DNA of 64,000 nucleotides from Stylophora pistillata (Eukaryota): NCBI RefSeq assembly GCF_002571385.2, contig NW_019218229.1, positions 122,257 to 186,256 of the forward strand, read 5' to 3'. Shown piece by piece: positions 1 to 12,698 of this stretch (position 1 is its first letter; each line of letters starts with the position of its first letter). The notes under the pieces were generated by a model. It saw only the letters and a program-made list of their open reading frames with translations, ran no database searches and was not told where the DNA came from. The position numbers and the translations under genes were made by a program.

Positions 1-1699
1 CAAACTGAATAAACTGATCTTAGCATACAACCAGCTGTTTAAACGCTTTCTAAATGCGTCCGCGTTGTTTTACACGATTAGGTAAAGTATTCGGTTGTGA
101 ATTGTCGTCTGTTTTCCTAATAAAACAATTTTGTCGCTGGTGCGGATAGGCCCTAAGCCGTCAAAAATTGCACAAGTGCCAGATCTCACACGTATTTCAG
201 GTGATAATTCGTGTCAGTTTCTAAAATTAAGGATATGTTGTTATACATTTAATTTGGCTATTAAACTGACATTTTAAACAAATTTCAATTTCAAACATTT
301 TATTTAAGCTGAAAGCTTGTCAGTTGGAAGATGCATGTTTAACATTTATTACAAAGAGATCATAATCTTTTGCCGGTAATGCATCTTTCAGAGGAGACAA
401 TTAAGCCAATTATAAACTAAAGGACTGACAATATGGGGCACGAACAGTGCCTTAACATTACTCTTAGTTTCAATCTTGTATCGTCATATGGTCCCTCGTT
501 TCGGTTTCAAGCCTTTGTTGTCATCTCGATTGGCAAAGAGACTGAAACAAGGTAAAAATAAACGAAAAACGAGGAAAATTAGACAGTTATACATATCTAT
601 AAAAAGATGATATTGAAAAAATTAAAAAGCAACACAAAAAAAAGAAGGTAGAGCTCGTGTTTTGGGAATCAGATTTAGACCGATTATTAAAAATAACGCC
701 GTTCTTCTAGCTTCCAAACGAATACTGAACAAAAGCTGTCACAACGCAAGACTAAGAAAGTTTTAGTAATGTCCACAACGTCGAAGACACCGTCCACCGC
801 AGCTGTGCAAGTCCGACGAAATTAGAATAAGTCAGACGGATGAGTCATATTTCCAGTTTCATTCTCATATCATTTCCATAAAAGCCTGTCAAAGTTTAGT
901 TGGGTAATTTTCATTTAATTTGTAGCAGAAGGCTGCTTTGCTGTTGTTATGGGTAATAACATGAATTCGAGTGTAACTTGGTACGGGCGAATGCAATTTG
1001 TAGACTGAAAAATTTTAAAGTGTTTATTTGCAATAAAATGATTTCGAGTGCAATTTAGTGATAAGACCTACGCGCGCCACTTTTAAAGAAACCATACAAA
1101 ATTATTTATCACTTTAAAGCTTATTTACCAACGTTTTGCGAAATTTGCTAGAAATTTATCAACGTTTTGCTTGAAATTCCTTTTTGCCGCGCAGGGCAAG
1201 ATGCGATGTCAACAAAATATGTAATTCGAGATTCCGGACGGAAGTCCGCGGCAAACTTCTACACTCTGCTGGAGGCCTTTCCGATGATGATACCTTTCTC
1301 TCTTCGGTGCAGGTTCCACTAAAACTTTCTTTCAGCCATATCTGGTGAGATTTTACATTTTTTTTTTAGGCAAATTGAACTTCACTACTTTCTCTAACTA
1401 AAGGGCAAAAAAGCGAAATTTTGAAAATTTTGACCTGATATTGATGCAGTTGTAGAAAACGTGCAAAAGCTGTACTCACTATTTATTCGCTTGATTCAAT
1501 TTTGCTCTTACACTTCAGTTAACTCCCACTCACACCACGTCTCATTGTAAGCACGTGGAACAGCGCCATATATGGGGCGATAAAACACGTGCTGCATACA
1601 TGCTGTTTGGTTACATAATAGACAAACGAAATCACTTATGATGTCACCAATTCTAAGACTAATAAATGTAACGTACAGTTTCTAACACAGTAACCTTAA

Positions 1700-2780
1700 G
1701 GTGGCTCGTACCGGTTTTCATCTTTTTGATGTTTCGTAACTTTGGAAGAATACAACAGAAAGATTGACCAAGGCCAGTTGAACACTTTTACGGGGTTGAA
1801 TTACATAATCATTGGTTATCCAAAACTAAGTGTCATTTCGTTACCAGCAGTTTCCATGGCAACGCTTTCATAGGCTTATTCAGACGCATTTTTTAGCTTG
1901 TGGCTTAAATAATTCGAAAACTAACCCGGTGACCCCCTGATTTTTTTCAGTGATTGCTTTTGGCACTTGAAAAGGAAAATGCACAAAGATTTTTAAAAAA
2001 TTATACGGAGCGGAATTTCAGAAAATCTACAAAAAGGGCAATTTTCACACATCGCAAGTTTACTTCCGTAGAATTTTCTAGTTTTTTTCTGATGATTCCT
2101 TTTGACATTATTATCATATTGGAACAATAAAAAGAAGGGGTCACCGTACTTGTTTTCATGCAATAGCTTTCGTGAGTTTATCAATTTCCACGCGCGTTCT
2201 CGCGCATTTAAAAATCTGGATTCTTTAAGATAGATATTTGCTCATGATCTGTTTTAGCTACCGCTGACAATTGCGTGTGCTCGCGCGAGCACCTACGATC
2301 TGATGTTTACAGACGTTTACTGCTAAGAAAATCATTAAACAGCCGTCAAAGACAGCCTCCCGAGCTCATCTTAAAAATCCTACGCATGAATTCTGGCTAT
2401 ATCATATTATTTTCCTTGAAGTTTCAAAGTCTTCTTCCACTTCAGGTAGATTATCCTTCAATTGAGTTCTTCTTTTTTCGCCGTCGCAAGATTTCATATC
2501 GGTTGAATATTTCTTTTAAATGTGAAGTGAAGCAACCTTTACTTCTCCGAAAATCGTCTTTGTTATCTTAGTTTCTATCTCCTGCATTCATAGTGGCCGC
2601 TCAACACATCAAATACAAGCTCTTAGGTAAACTTCTCACAAAAGTAGAAAAAATTCCACGCGCCGCCATCTTTGTTTTGAATTTTCAGCTTTTGATCTCG
2701 CGCTTCTTTCGCACGTTTCTCTCGCGCGCGTCACGCAAGAGTGACCTGTTCCCCGCGCGAGGAAACTGGTACGAGCCACC
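1700..2780. mobile_element. Non-autonomous DNA transposon (~1.08 kb) with TTAA target-site duplication, Kolobok-like
   Basis: Left end TTAA|GGTGGCTCGTACCGGTTT (1696-); right end AAACTGGTACGAGCCACC|TTAA (to 2784). The ~18 bp TIR has 1 mismatch. GG..CC termini fit Kolobok rather than piggyBac (CC..GG). No transposase ORF inside. Confidence 0.8.
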
Positions 2781-3061
2781 TTAATAAACACGAGAAAATT
2801 TGTCAGATATCAAAATTACACGAAGCGTGGGCGAGTGCAATTTGCAGTCTTTGAGGAATTTACAATCGCTTTAATTGTTTACACTAAATGGCACTCGTAA
2901 TTATGTTGTTACAAAGTCAAGACAGACTATACTTTGACAGTAAAACTTTGCACTCGTGTTACAACTTTGAACCTGTGTAACAAAAAAAAAATGCGCTCGT
3001 TTTCAGCCAATAAGAGGCGCGCGCAAGTCTTTAATTCATATCATTAGGATAAAAATAGAGA

Positions 3062-3206
3062 GGATTAATGTCAGTCTCAGAGCAACTGCGCACCCACCCC
3101 TCCCCTAACCCAACAACAACAACCAACTGATGACTAGTAAGGGTAAATGTTGAGCTAGAGGAGGGGGGGGCGGGTGTGCTTTTGCTCAGATTACTGACAT
3201 TGATCC
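3062..3206. mobile_element. Short MITE
   Basis: Imperfect terminal inverted repeats GGATTAATGTCAGT-CTCAGAGCAA ... TTGCTCAGATTACTGACATTGATCC. Confidence 0.55.
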
Positions 3207-3447
3207 AACAGAAAACTGAATGAACATCTCCTTGTAACGCGTCATGGATAACTCTTCATAAGTTAACAAAATGTCTATGGAACTCGTTTCTTTTCCTTCA
3301 GTGACGAGTAGTTTTCCACTATACTGCGCACTCAGTCGATTGATTTCATTTTGTATCAGGACTAAGCATGTTGAGAACGCTTTAAAAACTGAGTGTCGTT
3401 AAACCAAAGCCGAAAAAAATCCTCATTAGCAGCCAATGAAAACTCAT

Positions 3448-3658
3448 TTACCCTTTGACCCCTCAGAGTGACTAACATCTAATTTCTCCTTACAATATAA
3501 CGCCTGAATCACACATTAAGGTCAGGAGAATAAAGGAAATGATCATCAACTAAACAAGTTCTTGATTGTTAAACAAATTCTCCTGGTTAGCACTTTAAGA
3601 AAGGTATAGAGAAAAGTATGGAGAATGTGCATACTGACGTTAGGGTGTGAAGGATTAA
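3448..3658. mobile_element. ~210 bp TTAA-type MITE family (piggyBac-like termini); other copies at 10107-10322, 38672-39215 and 53840-54382
   Basis: The same core (CATCTAATTTCTCCTTACAATAT...GAGAATAAAGGAAATGATC...TTAAACAAATTCTCC...GGAGAAT...TTAGGGTGT..GGGTTAA) occurs at four places in the window, with TTAACCC...GGGTTAA-like ends. Confidence 0.75.
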
Positions 3659-5634
3659 GAAGTGGAAACGACCAAACTGCCTAAGCGCGGGAAAAGCAAA
3701 CAGCCTCTTACAAGGGAGCACAATTTTCGACCAATCAAAAAGCGAAGCAAAGCGTAGAACTAATGAGTCCCAAGTTACTTCCGAGGCAGGAAACTACATT
3801 TAGCTGCAGTGACTTTTTCAGCTTTCTTACACATATTTACCGGCACGTTTATTTTTCATCTTTGTTATTTTGATCGAAAGGTAACTGAAAAAATGCGAAA
3901 AATGAGAGAAAGAGAAATTCTCAGATGCTGTGATCATAATGTAGCTTAGCTTTTAGAACGAAAACATTGTCAAGTGAAAATCGATTGGCCAAACAACTGA
4001 CCGCAAGGCCTGGCGCTTTTAAAAGAAAAAAGTAATTACAAGGTATGTAGCTTGTTTGTTTCATATACATTTAAAGTCAATATTTACAGCACAGGGATGC
4101 ATAAAATATTACGCAATTATGAAGGCGTTCACCGCAATCTTTTGATCTGGTAGAGCCTGGATCTGTTGCTAAGCCAGATTTACAAAGTTTCTGGGACTCT
4201 ACATTCTCGCACACTGTTTCGGTAACTAGTTGAGAAAGGTAAGTTTATACCGTTGAAAGACTCTGATCTCTCTTAACCTATACCCAGCTCGGAAAACATT
4301 ACAATCTGGTGGCGTAGCACCTGTGTAGAGTTACCGCAAAACTGTGTTTTCATCAATAAGGTGAGTCCGCACAGTGGGTGTCTGTACTCGATCGGTAGCT
4401 TTTTTGAATGGACGTGGAGCTGAAATACCCCATCGGCAATTACTTTGAAATGATGTGAAAATGCCACGTCACATTTTCCCATGAACAAAGCGTAAGACAA
4501 GCTTTTTTTTTTTTTCAACTCTGCCCTCTTATATTCATTCCTCTGTCCCCTAGGGGTGAAACAGCTAACACTATTTGATGCACGAGGTATGTTCTTGGCA
4601 TCAAGAATGAATAATTCTCGCGGGTTTATTTTGTTCAGTTTGCGCAGACTCTTACACTTTGCAATTTAGGGCACCGCTAGAAATAAATTCGTCCCCCTTT
4701 CTTGTCGAGGGATCACAATATGACTGAAAGAGACAGTAAATAGTTGAAATTCCAGGACTCCTCCACGCATCTAAAGTTATTTTCACAAATATATATTTTT
4801 CGTCCTATATCCAGATTCCATTTCTGGCCGTGTTGTAATTCGTTTCTCCAATGGGGTGAATTACAATATATTTAGGTTGCACAAAACCATTAATCATTGC
4901 CAGTTTTTCTTTCCAGATGTTAAATTATTGAACTTTTATTCATTGTAAAATGTTTGAGTAAACAAAACTTTGTTGGAGACAGTCTGGAAAGCCGTCCTGT
5001 CTCGTTGAGGCCATGAGTTTTTAGACATCCTTCCTTTGCAGGTTGCATTTTATCCTCATAAAAGACCACGAATTCAGTTCGTGATAAAGTCTATCTTTTC
5101 AACGTCAGTAAATTAAAAAGAGCCATACCAAGTTGTGCATTAGTTTTAATTGTTTTACGTTGAAGAGATTTCTATCCAGCATGAATTTGGTACAGGTAAA
5201 TTTAATTCTTAAAAACATACGAACAGCGAAGCAGAATTGAACTGGCCTTCAGAGGAATGCGCTTATTGCCGTCTGGTATTTAAAGTTTTATCTGGCAGCT
5301 ATTTAAATTCAAATTACCTTCATGGATCCGGTCTGTTTACCTAAACTTGACAGTTCATCTTTATGGTTAGTTGTGAAAATTGTCCGCGCTCGTAAGGTTT
5401 TAAAGACTAATGAAAAATATGCAAATATCGATATTCACGCATTCAGAGCCCTCGGCGTTTACGAACAGCTGCTCGAACCCAAGCAAAGCAAAGACTTTAA
5501 AATGTCTAACGACGTGGAGTGGCGTCGAACTCGAAGCTAAAACTCTGGGGCCGAAACTGACTGAGAGCAATGGAAATTGTAATTAGTGGTTTTCATTACT
5601 GATCAGGCAAATTTATGAATTCCAGGATAACATC

Positions 5635-7864
5635 ATGCGCGCAGCTATTCTGTTAGCACTAGTCGTGGTCCTGGGGCTTGCTTGCGTATGCGGCAAAGGG
5701 ACTGACGTCAAAAAGAGCCCAGAAGGCTCCGTACTTCTCGACGTAGACCCTAAGATTGCCAATGCCCCCGGGGACGAAAAGGAGAAACCTGGACCCGAAA
5801 ATGATCCACATCGCTGGAGATGGAGGTTTAGATTCAGAAGATATCGTAGACGTCCTTATCCGTCACGTCGACCTTACCCCCCGCAACACACACGTCCACC
5901 ACCATCACAGCCAACTTCTATGCCCTGTTCTTCATCCAGGCCAGACGGTGTCCAGTGGGCTAATGAGTGGAAAAAATCTCTAGATTTCGAGTGTCCCAAA
6001 GGTAAGGTTTCACGCATGCGTCTCAGCATTGGATCTAGTTCTTTTGCGGCAGGGAAGGTATAGAATCCCCTCTCCAAAATTCCCAGTTATATAGGATGTT
6101 CAAAGAGCGCCTATTTTCTCTTACATCATAATCCTTTTCGCAAGAGGAACAGCTGCTGAGGATTTGTTAAGAACGCAAGGGGACAAAAACCAAATAATAA
6201 TGGCAACAAAAAAAGGAGAGAGAAAGAAGATGAAGAATAAAAAATAGTGGACTGGAATACAGCGGGGAGTTTTCACAATTAGTAGCTTGCAATAGACACC
6301 CAAAGCCGAATGTGTCACTGATTGAAGATCATTGAACCAGCTGACATTTCTTGCTTCCCTTACCTCAGTTTATATTTCTGACCATAATTATAAACACGGT
6401 ATCTATTGATTAAATACAGTAATTGCCAAAAGTATCTCACTCTGTTAAACTACAATAATTTTGAAATTTCAGGCCAGACTCTGATCTACATGAAGAGCGA
6501 CTACAGTGAATGCCATCATGACCGAATCTGGGCGTTTGGTTGCGGGTACAACGAGGCCTCTTACGAACACTGCTTCTGGGAACATAATTTCGCCAACGAC
6601 CCAAGAGATGGCATCTTCTTTAACTGTCCGAATCATGGTTTTTTAGCAGGTGAGGCCGCTTCCTAGACCTCTTGGAATGTTTGTCGATATTTTCTTTTGA
6701 AACTTAACAATCACTGCTCTTGCAAAGTGGATAGAGTCCTAGATCGTCGCCCAACATTTCATGCACGGAAATTTTGCTGCAAAGCAACAATTCAGAGGGG
6801 GGATCGCTAGGGGGGATAGAGTCCAAGAATGCAAATGAACGCCGCCTTATTAGAAGAAAAATTATAATTATGATTATTAACTGGTTATTATTTTGGTGTA
6901 TCTTTTTCATGCATAGGTGTAAAAGCAGAATACGTTTTTTTTGGAGATCGGCGCTACAAGTTTAAATGCTGCAATGACAGAAGTTTTGACCATGAAGCTT
7001 GTCACCAGTCCCACACACTGAACAAGGCCGGGGAAAACTTCGAGTTCAAGGTGGATAGGGACAAGCGAGATTACATCACCGGCATTTCAAGCTGCTTCCA
7101 CTTTTACAAAAGGTTAGAAAATTTACTTACCTATTGACTGATTTACATCAGGTAGACCGCATTTCAATTGTGGGTATTAAACCTAAACTGAAGTAATCAC
7201 ATACTCAAGGTAGGAAAAAAAAAATAGTCAACCTGCCTGAAGCGCGGGAATACACAAGTGGGGTGGCCAAAGGTGAAACTCGAAACTAGCGAATCACCGA
7301 GATCCCTGTTTAAAAATCCGAGACCGACTAAACATTTGAGCTTAACAACTTTTTTAATTGGATACTCTGTTTGAGTAGTGACGACTCGTTTTGTTGATAA
7401 ATCAGCCTCTACACTGCAGTACAAACTGTAACGATATCATACGGACTTTCTTCCTTCCTAACTACAACTCTAGGCTAATCCGGCTATCATTTCACAGAGA
7501 AATCGGCTACAGGATAAAATCCCCGAATTAAAGAGGTTTGAAAGAAATATGAAACTTTGAGACACATAAGAAAAGGCTAACGAGATTTCGAATGTTCAAA
7601 ATCGATTAAAAGTTGGTGAGAGCCACTTCTTTCAAGGTACCATTCAAAGCTACTGCAAATTGTCTCGACCAATCACAGAAAGCATCACAGCTTAACCAAT
7701 AGAAAATTAGTTTTTGATCAGTGGACACGGGCACGCGCATAGTCATCTGACTGAATTACATGTTCTTTTTCTGCAACAGGGACAGGGTATGGAAGATCGA
7801 CTACTGCAAGTCTGTGCAAGTAGAAGTCCCTGAACCTCAGAAAAAGGACGTCATTAAAGACTGA
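5635..7864 (+). CDS. Secreted dermatopontin-family protein (hemagglutinin/amebocyte aggregation factor-like), ~274 aa, with a cationic Arg/Trp/Pro-rich N-terminal segment
   Basis: Exons 5635-6001, 6473-6649, 6917-7112, 7780-7864, all GT-AG and phase-consistent (825 nt). Signal peptide MRAAILLALVVVLGLACVCG. Dermatopontin repeats: WANEWKKSLDFECP, DRIWAFGC, DRRYKFKCC, DRVWKIDYC. Confidence 0.88.
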
Positions 7865-8781
7865 CGATATATCCCACGTGACCAACAAAAAGAACTTTTA
7901 AGACTTATTTCTTTCCTTTGGATATACGGACTATTGAAAGTAGTTTTCCGTGTTAGATTAGCTAGTAGTATCATAGAAGGCTAGACAACAAAAAGAAAAA
8001 AAGAAAGAAAATTAAAAGTTTCCTCTGTTTTAGTGTTCGCTAAAGGGTTTTTACTATTGTTGCGGGAAAACAACACAAAAGATGTGGAATCTGTGGTACA
8101 ATTAAACTTCATGCCTTTCCACAAGTTGGACACGAGTGTATCCTTTACATGATGTCTTGAGTCGCTGTATTGTCTCGGTAAGTTCGACATCAAAACTAAC
8201 TTCTGAACAGTGAAGACGGAGTGGTTTTAAATTCAGGGTCGTGAAACCAAGACCGAAGTAATCTGACAGCAACCAATCATAACAAGGCTTTATATCCCTA
8301 GATGCCCTAGGGAGCTTAAAGTATATAAAAGTAAATGGCTTGCAGCGCGTTGCAAATGCTTTTCAGTTTTACATCTTATTGGTTAGAGGAAGGGTCTGCT
8401 TATCCCATTGTTAGTATAAGTAATCAGTTAATAAAACAAACAATAAAACAAACAAATGTTAAAGCAAACCAAACAAAAAAGGTAGGAGCAAAAAGAGCGT
8501 CAACAACAACATCCACAAAATACACCTACCTTTGGCTTAAAGTATAAGTCCCTCAAGAACCAACTTACACATCGACAACACTACAACTTTGAAAGGTTTT
8601 TTTTATAAAATCATTAACTTAAAAATTGGTATGTATAAAGCATGGTATAAATTTATCTAATACTACTTTGTCTCTGGGTCATTCAACAATATTCACCGTC
8701 TCTGCCTTTGGCAAACTGTGAAATGTACCTTATTTATCTCTCAGGCCTTATTCCCATAAAACTATGAAAAATTATAAATGG

Positions 8782-11700
8782 CTAAATCACATCAAGAGGT
8801 GTTCCACTTAATCCACAGAGTTTACTCAGTACTAACTTGGCAGAAACAACATCTTCCAGTGCCATACCTAGAAAACAAATGACAATTGCTAGATCATGAA
8901 ACAGGATAAACTTGCAAATTGAGAACAATAAAGAAAGTTAAAACAACTAATATATAAATATCAAACCCTGATTAAGTTAAATCTATTTAATATCAATATT
9001 TATTGAGAAGGACTCACCCTTTGTTACATAATGTTCATATAAATAAAACTTGAAAAGAAACAGAACAAAATTTGCTTCCAGCACTACGAAATGAAACCCC
9101 CATATGAAGGTGACTGTCATCTTGTAAAGAGTTTGGTTTCAAGGCACAACTATAAGAATAACTTAGCAGTGCTGTCTGTTCTCTACAAACTACATTGCAT
9201 CTACAATCTGTCCATCAGCTCTTCCAGCCCAAATTTTAAGTAAGTATGGGCTGGCATTTGCTTCATCTGTCAATTTCTTGTCACCTAATCTCCAGAGCTC
9301 ACCTAAAGACTTGAAGATTCGTGTTTTTCCTTCAGGAATAGCCAATTTTCCTGAAATAACATCACCAATCTCCCCAGCCACTGTTGCCTTGTTATCAGAA
9401 GAACAAAGAATAAATCACAAGGACTGGCAATGACTCAAAGAATGACAAGCCACAAATAAGCCACAAGGCTTCTGGAACATATTCTGTGAGAGTTAATACC
9501 TTTAACTTTTCCACCGACTGGAATTATGAAAAAAGTCTGACCTTGGAGAGAATCACATCCCCAGCTTCTTTCATAGCTGCCTCACTGCTGTCTGCCACTA
9601 TAAAGCCATTGAGCATAATTTCATCATCCAGTTCTCGCCAAGTAGGGCGGGGTGCACCAACAGCTACACACAAGAAAAAACAACAACAAGTTTTGTTGAG
9701 CTTTAAATTTGAAGATCAATTACCGATGTAGAAGACAATGTTTATCAATAAGATAGACAAACCTGCTCATGATGGGTAATGTAATTATTCATTCTCACCA
9801 TCAATTGATAACTTAATCAACAATAACCTAGCAAAAACTCGAGATCAAAAATCCAATTTGCATTATTCAACTTAATTGCTGAAGATATAGCTTATGTGTT
9901 GGAGCTTGGCTGGTAGACCATAACTGCTGATGCTGATTCCCCATTTGTGCTGAAGAAAATGGCAAGGAGTGTATAAATCAAACACTTACACGGCTAGAGT
10001 GATCACTGACTAGGCTACAATTTTGCCAACCAAAACTTAAAATGAAGTGGACAATTGACTGATGACTCACTATCAATTGCTCCCAAGTTCCATTAGTTTC
10101 TGATAATTAACCTTTTGATCCCTTGGGGTGACCAGCATCAAATTTCTCCTTACAATATCACCCCTGAATCAAACATTAAGGTCGTGAGAATAAAGGAAAT
10201 GATCTCCAACTAAAGAAGCACTTGATTGCTAAACAAATTCTCCTTGTCAACAGCTTAAGAAATGCATAGAGAACATTATGGAGAATATGCATACCAATGT
10301 CAATTAAGGTGTAGAGGGTTAAGAGTAATATTCCAGGCCCCAGTTGTTCAAAGGGCGGTTAATGCTATCCAATGGATAAATTACTATCCAGCAGATAAGT
10401 GTTACCAAAATGTACTGTGCTATCCACCGGATAGAGATTTATCCAGCGTATAGCGTTATCCATCCTTCGAACAACCGGGGCCAGATGCCTTTCAGGCCAC
10501 TCACAGTTTATCAGTGCTCCAGGCTTGACCCACTTTCCAAACAGAACAGGTTCTGTTGCCAAGGTAGCAGTAACTATGACATCAGCCCCTGAAGCTGCTT
10601 CTTCAACTGTAGCACAAGCTTTGGCGCTGGTCTCCTCTGCAAGCTTTTGTGCATTGGCAAAGGTTCTACTCCATATTCTCACCTTAAAAAGGGTTAGTTA
10701 ACAAATTTCATTCGAAATCTAGAGCATAAATACATTCAATAGTGGCAAGCATATAGATCAAATCCAAACCACATCAAACACATAAACATATACAAAATGG
10801 TATCAAAAATTGTATCGGTGTATTATCAAAGGTAGTCTCTATAAAGGTACCTCAGTGAATGGTCTCACAAACTTGAGGGCCTCCACATGACTTCTAGCTT
10901 GAGCACCTGATCCCAAGACACACAAAACTTTGGCACTCTCAGAAGCAAGGTACTGAAATAGAAGTAAAAATGAAACATTTTCTTCTTCAGGAATAATTAA
11001 TAGTAAGTTAGAGTTGATTCACACAAGATTAGTGATGTTAAATCCTCACCTTGGTTGCGACAGCAGATGCTGCTGCAGTCCGCATGTCTGTAATTGGAAG
11101 GCCATCCATAATCTTTCAATGATTAAATACAATTCAGTCAATATTTGAAGTTGTCCTTCACTAGTAGCATGTTAATTAAACGGACGATTGGATTGAGGCA
11201 TTGTGCTACGGATTTACCTGCCTCCGTCATTCATAATTCAGTAAATTTTGATGAAGTACGATTGAATTTAGCGGTATTTATGACCGAAAAAAGTCTTAGC
11301 TAGTAAATACGCCAAGAAATCTTCTGTAAAGTTTAAATACTAACATCAAAGCTGTTTTCCTCGATTTATTCAAGGAGCCTAAAAATGATAAAAGGATTTT
11401 GCAGCAAACATTATCTTTATTCAAATTCTATAAGCCATTGATACGATACATTATTATGGCAATGGACAAAATTCTTAAAGCTATAATTACTGACCGCTTG
11501 TAGCAAACCATTCTTGGGATCTAATACCATAACATTGCTTAGAAATGAGGGTAGGCCTTGTTTTTCATTTTCCGGAAAGCCTGTCACCAATTTTACAGCA
11601 AGAGCATTATCTTTGGCAGAATAGGCTGGCATCACAAGAAAAAATCTGCAGAATGATAAAGACCTCAATAATTATCCTAATTAAAACTAAAAACTGGTAT

Positions 11701-12408
11701 TAGAGCAGTCAATCAAAATAAATGGCCCAGATAATTTATTTCCTGAACCCTTGCCAGTTAATAGCTTAAAGCACCTGGAAACCTTATTACTTTCTTACTT
11801 AGAGGTGTTGGGGTAAGAGCTTACAATTATGGACCTTTCAGGATGTTACTGTCCTTGGGTGGGGCAAGGGGTCCTGGGATAAGTAGGATACCTTGTTTGG
11901 TAGGTGCAAAACATGGCTTAATTGCTACATCTTGACAACAATAGAAAAGGGCTAGAGCCTATGAAAAGAGAAACAAGGAAAAGCTGAGGTTTCCAACAAC
12001 CTACATCCATAAATTATCGAATTTTTTGGCAGGCCCTAGCTGTTTCACCTCCCTAGTCCCTACCCTTAGTTGATGACTAGATTAATAGCTAAAGTAAAAA
12101 AAAGAATGAGCCCTGTCACAGAATCCTACGAGTGACTAACAAAAATTTTATCAATTATAGGTGTTTCAAGGACTCTAGTTTCGAATTATGTTTTTCTATC
12201 ACAATACAGAAGTATGCGAAGTGTTTCCTTACCCTCGGTCTTCAACCTCAACGGCTGTGCGCACGGGTTGAACAACTCCGCCGCTTTTACCGGCGGAAAA
12301 ATTGACTAAAGCCTGTTCAATTACCGGTATGAGATCTTCATATTTTAGAACCTCTTTCACACGAAAGGCACTGATGTACTTTGGAGTTTCCACACTTTGA
12401 TGAGCCAT
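8782..12408 (-). CDS. CRYM: Ketimine reductase mu-crystallin (ornithine cyclodeaminase family), ~320 aa
   Basis: Exons 12408-12233, 11645-11495, 11112-11050, 10952-10851, 10682-10505, 9663-9542, 9387-9303, 8867-8782 (963 nt, GT-AG). Motifs VQPVRT, VMPAY, ITDMRTAAASAVATK, LGSGAQA, VGAPRPTWRELDD, FKSLGMALED. Confidence 0.95.
10107..10322. mobile_element. TTAA-type MITE copy in CRYM intron 5
   Basis: Same family as 3448-3658; TTAA at both ends. Confidence 0.75.
10337..10481. mobile_element. MITE with CAG target-site duplication (PIF/Harbinger-like) in CRYM intron 5
   Basis: CAG|GCCCCAGTTGTTCAAAGG ... CCTTCGAACAACCGGGGC|CAG, with internal repeated TATCCA/TGGATA motifs. Confidence 0.75.
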
Positions 12409-12698
12409 AATTATGTACAGGTCATACAAGGTACACCTCTCGATCTCCCGGAAGCTGAATGTGCACTACTTCTGTACAGCTGTCTAGAAGTAAAATACTA
12501 CAACTAATGTGTGTTTTGATTGGCCTGAATTTTATTTCAACCAATCAGTAGACGTTTTCGTTTTGTAAAATCCGCGCCCGTGAAGGAGGCGGATATTGTT
12601 CGACGCCATCTTGCTGCGTAGACTGACCAGAGTCCGTAGCAAAACTCTTTACAAATTTTACCTTTCCTAGCAATTGCTGACAATTTTATTTGCCAGAG
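12409..12698. promoter_or_regulatory. Bidirectional promoter CRYM/ARPC1
   Basis: 290 bp between divergent ATGs. Opposed CCAAT boxes (GATTGG ~12518, CCAATC ~12541) and a YY1-type CGCCATCTT at ~12604. Confidence 0.7.

Noticed and set aside
930-3060. Related degenerate inverted segments around 957-1060 and 2785-3050
   Set aside because: Probably an old repeat into which the TTAA element inserted, but the boundaries cannot be defined by eye.
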